From the NCBI RefSeq assembly GCF_001194135.2, contig NC_068988.1, positions 4,681,179 through 4,745,178 of the forward strand: a DNA stretch of 64,000 nt, in the 5' to 3' direction. The position numbers and the translations under genes were made by a program. Every line of letters begins with the position of its first letter. Positions within the stretch are counted from its first letter, which is position 1. Below are positions 43,306-56,379 of the stretch, one piece after another. This stretch comes from Octopus bimaculoides. Its lineage: Eukaryota. Below the pieces are notes generated by a model that had not been told where the DNA came from, did no database searches, and saw only the letters and a list, made by a program, of their open reading frames with translations.

Positions 43306-44228
43306 ATATATATATATATATATACATACTCACACGCGCGTGTAAACATACTTTTGTTGTTATTGGTGTTATGTTACAAGTGATTTTTCGCTTTTTTGTT
43401 ATGCCTTCATGCCTGTCAGCATTTTACATTAAATGGTTTGGCATCAGTTTTTCTCATCCAGTTTGTTCTTCTACATTCTCTAAACAAATACTTATCTAGT
43501 CATAATGCCCACACACTTATATATGCACTCACACATATCTACATACATACATACGTACACACACGCATGTACACCTCGGTTACAGATTCACAGTAACATA
43601 TATGTATACGCTTACATATATTTTTGAATGGATGTGAGAGTGTGAGAGAGTGCTTGTGTGTGTACGTGTGCGTGCGTGCGTGTGTATGTGTCTTTAAACA
43701 GGCACAAATACACACACACACACTTACACACACATATATATAAATAAATATAGAACGTATCAATATATACGTGTGTGGGGGGTGGTGTATTGCTAATTAA
43801 TCAGTAATACAAGAGATTATTTCGTTTTGTGCTTGGTTGCATTGTTATTATCCTTGTATTATTGTTAATTTCTTACGATTATAGTGGTGGTGGTGATGGT
43901 GATGTGGGTTTTTAAGTGTGGAATATTGCAGTGACGAATGTGTACAGGTAATTTATAAATGAATTGCACTGGTGGTCGGGTTGATGTTAATTTGTTAATC
44001 ATTGTTTTGTAGGTGAAGACGAGTTCGTCTTTCACCGCGGTTATTGCCCCTGTAACGTCTCTAAGAGTCGGACGGTGCGTGTTGAGCAGATTCTTATTTC
44101 GATGTCGTTTAACGACCTAACATATTGATCTGTGGCATGTTGGTAGAGATATGGATACTGACTTAATAATATAACGAGTCTAAAATGCAACAAATGCCCG
44201 TGCTTTAAAGCTAAATGACAGTCCTATA

Positions 44229-44263
<35 letters not shown>

Positions 44264-44266
<3 letters not shown>

Positions 44267-44296
44267 GCTTTTGCATGTATGGATCTCTCTCTCTCG

Positions 44297-44346
<50 letters not shown>

Positions 44347-44437
44347 GCTTTTGCATGTATGGATCTCTCTCTCTCGCTATATATATATATATATATATAT
44401 ATAGCGAGAGAGAGAGATCCATACATGCAAAAGCGTG
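44264..44437. repeat. 35-bp unit in tandem plus inverted copy, forming a perfect 94-bp palindrome at 44344-44437
   Basis: CACGCTTTTGCATGTATGGATCTCTCTCTCTCGCT at 44264 and 44344; exact reverse complement at 44403-44437, separated by (AT)12. Confidence 0.95.
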
Positions 44438-45480
44438 CGCGCACGCACGCACACAGATGTATATATGCACATGACGCATACATATATGCACATATATACA
44501 TATATGCACATATATGCACATGACGCATACATATAAATGATTCTTATTTGCTATGAATCTGAAATCATTTCATCCTATGCCTCTTACCCACTCAACAAAT
44601 TTTACTGATGCAATGATGTTTGGTTAATTTCAAATATATGTGGTCACACGTTGAAACAGGTCGGAGCATGGTTCTTTTAGCTAATGGTATAGGTGTGGCG
44701 TATAAGAACATAAGCCCTAACTGTTCAATAACATTGTAGCATGTCTGATTGAAAGAATAATTGAATGTGCTTAAAGTTGCTTTTTTCCACTATCCCGACT
44801 TCCATGTCCCATTTGATCATGTGTCAGGAAGAATAGTTAAAGTGTCGTATTTTCTTTTACATTTTTTGCAGGACACCTATTTAGTTTGTCTTTCTTCACG
44901 CTGCTCTCAAGAGACAATTAGAACTGCACAACGTAAAACTCATCAGTTCGAAACTTAACAGAATACTTTTAGTAGTGGGGCCCCTTCTAGCGGGAAATAT
45001 CACCCTGTGTTTTGGTACTGACAGACTACTTTGATAAACTGAACTAATTATTGTAACGGTATTATAGTGCCTGTCTGACAATCCACTATTTGTTCTGTAC
45101 TCTGGTTCTCTTGCCATCAAATATTTGTTTTGTAGCCTGGTTTACTGGCAATCTTTCCGGTTTCTAGTACCATGGTTTTCTATTAATTTAATCACACAAC
45201 TATTCACACGTTTTTTTGTTTTAATATTTTCTTCTCAGCTAAAATTAATCTAATATATTATTTTCATGTTCGTAAAACTGTTAGAGTCAGGTCACCGAGA
45301 TAAGAAAATAAGACTCCAGAATTTGTTGTAAACTCATTTTGCCAAAACGCAATAATAGGCCAAAGAGAACGTTTGTAATGGTCGCATACATAATGTTTAT
45401 GGAGATAAAGCAACCGATCGTCGCTAATGAAACTAATGTTGAAATGGTAGAAACTATTTGTTTCAGAAATGTCAACTTAC

Positions 45481-45517
45481 CTTGAGCTGCAATGTAAGCC
45501 TTTTCTTTTTCATAACC
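45481..45517 (-). CDS. RPTP catalytic domain exon C (GYEKEKAYIAAQ/G)
   Basis: TGTATTTTTCAG|GGT...CAAG|GTAAGT; 37 nt, phase 0 to 1. YIAxQGP motif is completed by exon D. Confidence 0.95.
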
Positions 45518-46010
45518 CTGAAAAATACAAAAGGGAAATCAATTGCTAAAGAAAACTTCAAATATATTTTTTTAAATTTGTAATCGGGTTATGATTAATG
45601 TTAAATTATGAGGAGGGGAAAACGTGCTTATTAATAAAACAAAAAAATTATATATCCATGATGTACAGTTCGTTGTATTTATGCGAGTAACGAAATTTAT
45701 AAATTTAGGACTTAACTTTTGGTTACAACAAGAATAATCTCTGAAGGAGAATGTGATGACATGAAAATTATTTTATTTCTCGTGGGTCTTAAGATACATA
45801 ACCTTCGGTCGTAATGAGTTACATACGTAGCTGTGGCTTCAGCATTTTTATAAGATGGCTAAATGACCTTAAAATGTTCCATGAGATCTTTCGATTCAAA
45901 AATTAAACTTTACTTTTTATCTGTCAACGTCCATAAAAAATTGACGTCAAAGATAATTGGTTGGAAAATGTCAGTGGAGTTCGCATATATTGCCCTAATT
46001 AACTCTAGTC

Positions 46011-46710
46011 AATATTACTAAATGTAGCAAGACGGCGGTCTGACAGAACCGTTAGCCGGGCAAAGATGCTTAGCGGCATTTCATCCGTCTTTACGTTTTG
46101 GATTCATATTCCACCAAGGTTTGCCTTTCATCCTTTCGAGGTCGATAAAATAAGTACCAGTTGATCACTAGGGTCGTCGATGTAATCGATTACCTTTCCC
46201 CTGAAATTACTGACTTTGTGCTAACATTTGAAACCAATTATTACTAAATATAGTAAGGCGGTGAGCTGACAGGATCATTAGCACCCCGGGAAATATGCTT
46301 AACAGCATTTCGTTTGTCTTTACATCCTGGGTTCAAATGCCACCGGAGTTGACTTTGCTTTTCATCATTTCGTGGTCGATAGAATAAGCACCAGTTGAGC
46401 TCTGGGGTCGAAGTAATCGACTTAGCTCCCCCACCAACAGCTAGCCTTGTGCCAAAACTTGAAACCAATATTACCAAATATAGTGTAAGGAGTCGAGCTG
46501 ACAAAATCGTTTGCACGCCGGGAAAATGCCAAGCGGTATTTCGTTCGTGTTTACGTTCTAATTTCACATTCTGCCGAGGTTGACTTTGCCTTTCATTCTT
46601 TCGAGGTCAATAAAATAAGTACCAGCTGAACACTGGTGTTGATGTAATCGGCTTTCTCCCCAACCAGAATATACTGGCCAAAATTTGAAAGCAACGTTAC
46701 CAAATCTAGT
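46011..46710 (+). mobile_element. Head-to-tail array of three SINE family A copies
   Basis: Units at ~46032-46235, 46258-46466 and 46490-46692, each with tRNA head, core and TTGAAA(C/G)CAA end. They are bounded by four copies of an ATTACYAAATNTAG-like motif. Confidence 0.9.
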
Positions 46711-48909
46711 ACTACTAATCGCTACCGACAATTATCTCTGGTCAACATTGTTAAATATAGTACTCTTATTCACCTGCTGTTCTGACTTTCAAAGCTAAAT
46801 ATATCAGGTTCAAATTCGAAGAAGTCTAGCTGATAGAAACTAAGAGAAAAAACACATATACTATATTATTTGCTCGGAAACATATTCAATGTGTTTGAAT
46901 GAATTTAAATGAAGCAATCAGTATTTAACAATATTTAATTCCTTTCCCAAATATTTCTTGATTTGTACACTCGTTAATTATAAGTAATTATTTTAGTCTC
47001 TTTTAAAATAATTGTGGATTCAATATTCTACAGATGTCATGTATAACTATAAAAGAATTTTCTATCAAAATAATTCTGTTACTGGTTGGTATGCTTCAAT
47101 ACATGGAAAGTTAATTCAGTCTCTTAAATATGACAAACTAATTCTGTTTGGCGTAAAGTAGATGTAACACTCACATAACACAACAATAACAATTTACGTT
47201 TGTTTTGATTAAACAATTTATTTGTTTTACCGCAGTCGTAAATAATCATAAGAATGTTCTTGATATTTCATGATAGAAATACAGCATATCGAACTATTCA
47301 TTTTTAATAGTATTAAAGCTGCAACTAATATAATTTATAAACCAGTTTTAATCGATTTGATTCGATTTGGTTTTCTAAATTCAAACAAGTGATTGGTTGT
47401 AAATTTATTACCTAAAACTGGAAAACTATTTGTTTGGAAGCTCTTTCATATTTACAGTTAAATCAAATTAATTCCTGCAGTTAAACATTTTCTATGTAAG
47501 TGCGGCTCCTTATTCCAGAATAGCAAAATGTTTCTTTTTCGTCGTTGACAATTGGTGAGGATCTGTAGATCATTCCTTATCTACAGGAAACCTAAATGTT
47601 ACACGAAATAAACGTTTGCTTCGATAGGAATATTTGATATCATTTATTAATACCAAGTCATGGTTCCTCATTGTAGGAGTGCTGTCCTTTATATACAGCA
47701 TACCTTGGGCACTTTTAGGCCCAGCAGAGCCCATCCCATCGAAGCCGATTTCTTCTGGAGACAACAGAAAGAGAGAAAGAAAGAAAGAAAGAAAGGGGGA
47801 GATAAGGTATTGCCAGGGGCGCATGACTGCTACTTTATTTATAGATACGGTTAAAAAAATGCAAGCCAAAACTGACTTCAGATGGATTTTAACCCGCAGC
47901 GTACAGAGCCGAAACGATTCTCGTAAAACAAGCTATCCAACGTTCTAACAGCTCTGCCTTATATTCTCTATTAATTCCACCCTGTGTTATATACTTAACG
48001 CCAATTGTAAGGGGATATACTCTATTTTGTTACAAACATGTAATCGTATACTTTCTCTGTGCTTTCCCGTGTTCTAGCAATAGTCGAATGATGATGTAGA
48101 AAGGAGAAGCTACGAAACCAATAGAATATTTTTTAAAAATTTGGAAGGCTGTTAATGTAAGGCCACTTTTGTAAAAGAATGAAAAAATTCTGGGGAATAG
48201 TTTAAATGTAGCTTCACAGATATCACACATCTTTTTTTTTTAGTCAAGGAGAAGTAATATTTGTCTATCACAAAGCAGTATTACAGGTGTTTGGAGACAA
48301 TTTTTTTACTGATTTGGAAATGATTGAATATTTGCACACAAGAAAATCTTATTCTCTCTTTTTCAACAAAAATTATAACAATTTTACAAAAGAAAAAACA
48401 TGTAACAAGTAATCATTCTGGTAACCTGAGTAAAAATGTGAAATTTGTTTCAGTAAATATATACACATATGCACGTGGGTGCGAGTATATATATACGCAC
48501 GCGCGCACACACACACACACACAATGTTATATATATGTGTGTGTGTGTGTGTATGTGTGTGTATTTATATGAGAATATAGTGAATAAAGACACTTATCCA
48601 CGAGTTAAAATATATCAACACGTGCAAATCCAGTATTTTTACGGAGACCGATAGGGAGAGTATAACGCCAAGAGGAATCAGCTTAATTTGAAAATAAATC
48701 ACTTATATTAAAGCTGTTGAATGCTATACTGTTGAATGTATTTCTCGCAAGACTTCAGCAATTTACAAATATTTTATTGTATTTTTTCCCTGCAATATGT
48801 CATTCCAATGTAATTTAACACTAGGAAAAAATCTATAGCAGCATTTGGGAAATTTTCATACTTTAAAAGCAAGAAACGAAACCTAGCACAAAATATTACT
48901 ATTTTTATC

Positions 48910-48940
<31 letters not shown>

Positions 48941-49099
48941 CAACTAACGAATTGAATTTCGATGGAGTAAACTTAATTTCTCAAATTGTCGGTATTATAA
49001 AATGTTGATATATTCCTTGATACGCGTAGGACTTGAGGTTTTCTGGGTGTATATTGGTCTCTGGAATGTATTCTGTATGTATATAATTTTATGTACGCT

Positions 49100-49147
<48 letters not shown>

Positions 49148-49689
49148 ATCCTTTATATTGAACACTCAGTATTTCATCTATTCAATAAGACATATTCCAT
49201 ATATTCAATAAGACATTCAATACTTTATTTCATTGTACCATCCATTTTTATTTTATATTATATATTGTATATTATATTATATATTGTATATTCCATATTC
49301 TATATCCCACATTGGTTTTGCAGGAATATAAATAAAACATAAAAAACAGACAGTGTTGGAACTCTTTTAAACAAAATAATATATGTATATATATATATAT
49401 ATACATACACACACATATATAATTCTATACAATATCCTAAAATTGATACAGAATAATGGTAATTCTGTTTAGTTGTGCGGGATTGATCCGGGTATGTGTC
49501 AGTAAGAAAGGCAGACCGGTAATCCCGAATTGTTGATCTCTCGCTTTTAACACGCAGTTGTGGTGCTAATATCGGGATTAAATTGTCCTAGGGAAGTAGG
49601 TGATGGCTGCGCTGAGAAAGTAGGAAATCTGAGGCGAAGTGAGAGTGAGATGAAACAAACATGTTGCGAGTTACCCGATAAGATGTAGT

Positions 49690-50020
49690 GAAGGCGCGTG
49701 GCTTATTGGTTAGGGTACTCATCTTATGATCGTAAGATTGTAAGCTCGATTTCCAACGGTGCGTTGTGTTCTTGGGTAAGCTACTTTATTACACGTTACT
49801 CCAGCCCACTCGGTTCGCAAAAATGGAGTAGTACCTGTATTTCAAAGGGCCAAATTTGTCACATTCTGTGTTACTCTGAATTCCTTTGAGAACAACGTTA
49901 AGGATACGCTTCTCTGTGGAGTGCTCAGCCATTTGAAAGCAAATATTACGATAAAGCTGTTTCGTTGGTCGGGATCGGATCAACTGGAACGCTCGTTGTC
50001 GTAACCGACAGAGGGTGCCA
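49690..50020 (+). mobile_element. Full-length tRNA-derived SINE family B
   Basis: Head GTGAAGGCGCGTGGCTTATTGGTTAGGG...GATCGTAAG; body shared with 43187-43305. Confidence 0.8.
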
Positions 50021-50125
50021 GTGTTTTGATACAGAATGAACTTTCGAATCATTCTGCATAAACACACACACACACACGTTTGGTTTTACAAACAATAGTA
50101 AAGAGAACTTAATAAAATGTATGCA

Positions 50126-50179
<54 letters not shown>

Positions 50180-50277
50180 NNNNNNNNNNNNNNNNNNNNN
50201 NNNNNNNNNNNNNNNNNNNNNNNNNNNNNNNNNNNNNNNNNNNNNNNNNNNNNNNNNNNNNNNNNNNNNNNNNNNNN

Positions 50278-50326
<49 letters not shown>

Positions 50327-51575
50327 GTATACAAATATACACACACATATATATGTATATACAGAGCCATGCAAACAGCCACACATACTAATACATAGAA
50401 TATTCATTCATACACATACGCCAAACTAATGAGAAATGTGCTGTTACTCCATCACGAATCTATAGCTTTAGAAATATATCAATAATATTGGACTGGTTGG
50501 ATGTGTAACTGCCTCAGGCTCAGGCTTGAAAGCCTCTGCTACACAAAACCTCAAAGTGTGCGGCTAATTAGGAAATTATAGCTACAAGTCATTAAAAGCA
50601 CAACGAGATTATGCGCCACATTTCAGAAGTTTAGCGTATACGTTGTAGTGACATGCGATGGTATGCACGCAGGTATGAACATGTGTGCATATACATTTTA
50701 GCTATATATATATATATATATGCATATATACATGTCTATACAGACATACAAGCATGCATAAATCGTATATGTATATATACACACACACACATACATAAAT
50801 CATGTGTGTGCCTGTGTGTATGCATGTATGTATATATATTTTATTTATATATATATATATATTTGCATATTTTAGCTTGCTTTTCTACATTCCTATACGG
50901 TTAGATTTTCTTCGTGTTTCCATGCGTCTACATTTAATGTGATTCTAAATAAATCCATTTATATTCACGAATGTGATGATGTTTTATCCATCCATACGTA
51001 TTATTTCCCAGTATAAAAACAAGCCAAGTAGTAAACACTGCCCCGTTATTTAGAATGGTATGATAAATTTTAGAATAAAGAACCAAAACAAACGAACATC
51101 AGAACTTTTACGACATTGTCGAAAGTTAATTGTATTTAGAAATTTAATGCCGATATTATTCCAAACCACAATATGTCGTGTTTATGGGGAAGCTGTGATA
51201 TATGTCCATGGTAAGAATGCAAAGCCTAAATCATTATTGCAAAACGCTTAACTAACAACAGGCAGGTCTAATGTATTTTATATTCATTGAGAAGGATTTG
51301 TGATGATTTTTCAAATATATAAATCTAACACAAACGAATGACCAATTCTAAAATATTGATAGTTCAATATTTTTTTTAGAATGAAGGATTGAACGAATGT
51401 CAAGAAAAAGTGTCGTTAGAGACTAAATATACATTGTGGGTGATATTTGCAATCAAATGTGTGTGGTTCTTTAGCTGTCTTTTGGACAACAATAAAACCA
51501 GGCTTTCCCGTATAGAAATGCAGCAGGGGAATTCAAAATATTTCATATTGTTATAACTTACGATCTTAAAACAAA

Positions 51576-51760
51576 GCTGGCAGAATCGTTAGTGCGTCGA
51601 ACAAAATGCCAAGTGCTATTTGTTTTGAAATCTTGCCGAGGTCAACTTTGCCTTTCATCCTTTCATATCGATAAAATAAACTATCATTCAAGCAATGGAG
51701 TTAATATTATCGACTAAACGACCACCACTCCTCAAAATTGCCGATATCAAAACAATATCA
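51576..51760 (+). mobile_element. SINE family A, decayed with internal deletion
   Basis: AGCTGGCAGAATCGTTAG...GAGGTCAACTTTGCCTTTCATCC. Confidence 0.75.
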
Positions 51761-51859
51761 CATGGTTTGAAAATTAACAGACATGAAAAAATACTCCCAC
51801 AAAGTGAAGGAAGGAATAGATAAAATTTTTATTCCCACTGTCGCAATATATATACTAAG

Positions 51860-52460
51860 GGAAGTTAAAGATTATCCGCATTTTGCCCAAAACTTTCTTT
51901 ACATTGACCGACCTGCCGTCAGCGCTCGCGCGATAAATTGTGGTCCCTTTGTGATTATGTAACCGAGGTTCGAGCTTGATCGCTCCAGTTTTCTTTCTTG
52001 AGTTACAGAGTGAACAGAGCAATGTGCATCAAATAATAACAGAGAACATTGATCCGATTTCTTTGATCTGAAGCGATGACAGGGGCTGAAATTTGTTGCC
52101 GGCTTTAAGTAAAATATGGGGACAGCGCTCTACAACGCAGACGTGTGTAGGAATGGATCGGGAAATTTAAAACTGGCTAGACAAGCGTGAGGCACGGAGA
52201 GGGAGCAGAACGCCCATCAACTTCCACCACTGACGTGAAGGTTCATCAAGCCCGAGAGAAGGTTCAGCAAATCGATGAGTGACCATCAATTTAGTTGCAT
52301 GTTCTCTGCAACTTAGTCATGGTTGTGGATACGAAATCATCCTCGACAAGCTTCGCTTCCATAGAGTCTGTGTGAGATGAATGCCAAGAAAGCTTACCAA
52401 AGTCCATAAGTGCAATCGTGTCCAGATCTGACAACGCTTACTCGGTCACTGTCTAAACAC
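51860..52460 (+). mobile_element. Mariner transposase N-terminal remnant
   Basis: Frameshifted KYGDSALQ..EWIGKFKTG, RPSTSTTD and HGCGYEIILDKLRFHRVCVR*MPRKLT, matching the mariner HTH and linker. Confidence 0.8.
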
Positions 52461-52969
52461 CTTATAAGAAATTAAGCTTCTCAGAAAGGAGAAAGCTAAT
52501 TCGATGACTCCATCACTGTACAAATCTGTAAAACTTTCCAGGAGTTTATCATTTAAAACATATGAGCATGTGTAGATATGCAACTATATTTATGAGAATA
52601 CATAAATAAAACATACAAATCTGCACATATATACATTCATACATACGTAATACATACAAACAAAAAAATACCCTGTCGTTGATGATGAAATTCCAAAGCC
52701 TTTGGTCTAGGTTAGAAACCGATTCTTTCACTATTGGCAAGAAATCTTGAAATCTTGAAATAAACTAAATGATATACATACATACATAGATGTCTGTATA
52801 TATGTATAGATGTGACAAAATTCTTTCCGTTTCTTTATATATATAAGTTGCTGAAATTACATATACTGCGATAGTTTTGTCTCTATTTTCCAATCGTATT
52901 AGAATTATTTGCACATTATAGATTGTTTGAAAAGTAACAAATTTTGGAGTTTTAATGGAATGTACTTAC

Positions 52970-53043
52970 ATCTATATAGTTAGCATTAATATAATCGTCA
53001 TGTGGATCATCTTCAATGTTTAACTTTACCCTTGTATGATCAT
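52970..53043 (-). CDS. RPTP catalytic domain exon B (DHTRVKLNIEDDPHDDYINANYID)
   Basis: TTCTTGTTTCAG|AT...ATAGAT|GTAAGT; 74 nt, phase 1 to 0. Carries the YDHxRVxL and DYINANYI motifs. Confidence 0.96.
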
Positions 53044-53499
53044 CTGAAACAAGAAAATTACAGGAATTAAAGGGAATTCTGTTTTAATGCAAAGTTAATT
53101 AAAATTTATATTTTGTAACAACAAAGAGTAACATGTCTAGGAAATTATTAGAAGGATGCGATAGAAAAACAAAAACAGAGAAATTAACAAGTCAATATAT
53201 AAAAACAGTCGGAATAAAATGATAGAGATATACAATGACGTTTTGAATACTGGGTCCTTATACAAGGCGGAAGTGGGAAACAGGAAAGAAGAAAGAGTAT
53301 ATACAAAAATAAAATGAAATAAATTGGAAATACTTCGGTATTCGTTGGCTGAATTTGTATTAATATTGAAGCGTAAATAAAGTGTCTCAGTGTAAGCAGG
53401 TAGGAGGAGGGGGTATGTTGACAGTAAGTATGCAGGAGGTATTTTTGCATGTATGTATGTATATATATGTGTATGCAGATATGTATGTGTGTGCATGCA

Positions 53500-53890
53500 A
53501 AAGTCTTGACTCGCTTGCAGCAGATAGGAAAGCGTGGAGAGTTATGATTTGGGGCAGTGTTAAAGATTTTAAGTTTGACAGATTTAAGCATTCTGAAATG
53601 AAAATAAAATTTCGTAAAAATGAGATTGATATCAATAACATTGCAAGAGTTTCTCATCGAGTCTTTAAATGTTCTTTATGCACAAAAGAATACATATTTC
53701 ACACTGGTATGAGATTGCACCAGCGTTCCCATGTGGGTAAAAGATATATGAACTATTGGAATTTCATTCCGGATGACCAGTTTCAGTGCAATGTCTGTCA
53801 AAAAAACTTGTAAGTCACATGGAGGATTGAAGTGGCACTTAAGCATTCGCAATAAACAAGTGGAAACGGAACTAATGCTAAAATGAGACA
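53500..53890 (+). mobile_element. RTE-clade LINE C-terminal remnant with two C2H2-type zinc fingers
   Basis: DSLAADRKAWRVMIWGSVKDF resembles the RTE tail. It is followed by an intact CSLC-X12-H-X3-H (53670-53732) and a second finger broken by a frameshift. Confidence 0.65.
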
Positions 53891-54780
53891 TTGCTGCAGT
53901 ATATGTGATCAGCTCTTCAAACACCTTTCAGGCGATATTTAATAAAGTAAAACTAATGGTGAAGCAGATGGTGATGTGACCCATGACACGGGAATATGTA
54001 TCATGTACAGGTGACGCTGACACTTTGTAAATGACAGGAGAAATACTGTAGCAGGGGTTGGCGAGCAAGCAAAGAAAACGGCTGAGCGTGATGGGAAGGA
54101 ACTGAAAGGAAGAGACTACAGGTCATTTAGATTGTAGTCACGTGTGAGAAAGAAATGGTCGTCTTAAAATTATGTGGGAGATTCCAGATTGGAGAAAGCT
54201 GAAGAGTCCAAGAATGTTGCGCTAGAGAGCTCCAAGGAGCTCCGAGGAGCTAGCACTGAACGTAAAACTGAAGCCATTTAGTGATCTGTTGGTGACAAAA
54301 GAAAGGACGAATTTACAGATGATTTCGATTTTAGGAAGAATCAAAACGTCTTAGCTCCCGAGATAATCGGACTTGGTTGTTGACTACCACCGACGACGAC
54401 ATTTTCGTCAAACTGACCAACAAACGCTGGACTGAGGTAGTATGGCTATGACATTTGCTATGTACAAGGCTGATACGTGCTTCTGCAATATTTGAACCTC
54501 CGACCAATCTCCCATCCAGTCAGTAACTCATATCTACCACTATTCACCACGTCTTTCTTTCTTCTTTTCCTTTGCCACTTCTTCATTGCCATACACCACT
54601 TCATTCCACTATCTCGTTCGTACCCAAGAAGCAAGTAAATTTAACTCTAACAATACTATGTAACTAGAATTCGTATACTTATTGAAGTGCATTTCAATCT
54701 CGATTGTGATTTATTTCTCTGGCTTTTATTATCATCTATCATATTTTTAATGAATAAGTTTTGAAGAAAACATTACTTAC

Positions 54781-54868
54781 ATGCTACAATATTACCATAT
54801 CGGTTCTTCATTTTATTTTCCGTTTTCTTTGCTACATCGCATTTTGCTGTGAGTCCTGCTGGCGTGAG
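54781..54868 (-). CDS. Receptor-type protein tyrosine phosphatase, catalytic domain exon A (LTPAGLTAKCDVAKKTENKMKNRYGNIVA/Y)
   Basis: Minus strand reads TATATTTCAG|CTC...GCAT|GTAAGT; 88 nt, phase 0 to 1. Contains the KNRY phosphotyrosine-recognition motif and splices in frame to exon B. Confidence 0.95.
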
Positions 54869-55824
54869 CTGAAATATACAACATGGAATGTATAGAAACT
54901 AGGAGAATTCAAAATATTTCAATACTAAATTTTATTCGTATATACTATAGATAAGACGAAGCAGTTGAACGAAACATATACGAATACGAAAATTATGAAT
55001 TTATTTTAATGGTCAGGATCTAATTTTGACGACATTAAAATTCAAAGTATACTGCAAAAAATGTGAAGATTATGTAACAAATACAATTTTATGAAATGAT
55101 AAAACTGAAATGCATCTTTGTAATATACACAAAAGTTATTAGAAATATAATATTATAGTTGAAGTAGTAATAAGTCAGATAGTTCTAATGTTCAATGCTA
55201 AGACAAAGAAGCATTAACATCAACGCACATTTCATTTCGTTCTTTGTAACCATTACAATTTATATAAATTATTAATAATAAGACAGTATCGGAAACATCC
55301 AAGCTTTGCCACATAATATACACCACTGTTAAATATAATATACACCATTATTTCTATTATCCATCTGCTTTAGTCAAACTCAGCAGTTCGTAATCAAATG
55401 AGAATTCCAAAATATCCAACGTCTCATAGAGAGTTTTAGCGCACGCACGCACACACATACACACACACACACACACACATACATACATACATACATACAT
55501 ATGTGTGTGTGCGTATAGTTGCCCCTACGAACATAGAAATTATAAAACTACATTTTTTTAAACTTTTAACATATTTTGAAAGAAGGTTTGAATACTTTCT
55601 TCATCCCACACTTAAAACTATTTGATAGATGACAAATTAACAAATGAAAATGTATAAGAAGAGAAAATGAAAAGCAACTTTAGAATGTACTAAAAGTCTC
55701 GTGTGCATTTCCTGTTTCCGTTTCAAAATATGTCATCTGACTGCTTGAAGATATAGTTGCGCATGCTCCATATTACCAACAACGAAATTTTTAATGAATT
55801 ATCACGAATCGGCAAAGGCTATAT

Positions 55825-55923
<99 letters not shown>

Positions 55924-56379
55924 TATAAATATACATATGTGTGGTGTTTGTATGTATGCATGTATATATGTGTGCGTGTTTGTGTATGTACTTAATTAAC
56001 ATCAAAAAGCTTAATTCATTTAAAATAAATAATGGAAGTTAATTATTAATGGAATCTCTGAGAAATAAATTTCCATATACCTATATGTGTGTATTGAGCA
56101 CACATACGCACACATTTATTCGTGTATATGTGAGTTGTGCATAAATGTCGAACGATGAAAATGAATGCCCAAGGCTACATTGGTGGATATAATTTCTTTA
56201 TTTTTGAATTAAGGCTACCATTGGTTTCATGTTAACAAAAGTGGGAAAATATCCGAGTGTCTTAACAAATTTTCAAGTCGATCACATGGAGAAAGTGTTT
56301 GCCTCCATTCTGGAAAACACAGCATCATTTACTTCACGGGGTTCTCCTAAATTCACGTGAATAAGACAATGAATTAATG

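Noticed and set aside
46011-46710. Repeat-spacer-like periodicity suggestive of a CRISPR array
   Set aside because: The ~205-bp intervening units are homologous SINEs rather than unique spacers, the DNA is eukaryotic, and no cas genes are present.
49690-49770. tRNA-like sequences here and at other SINE heads
   Set aside because: They continue into SINE bodies and lack a complete cloverleaf, so they are not called tRNA genes.
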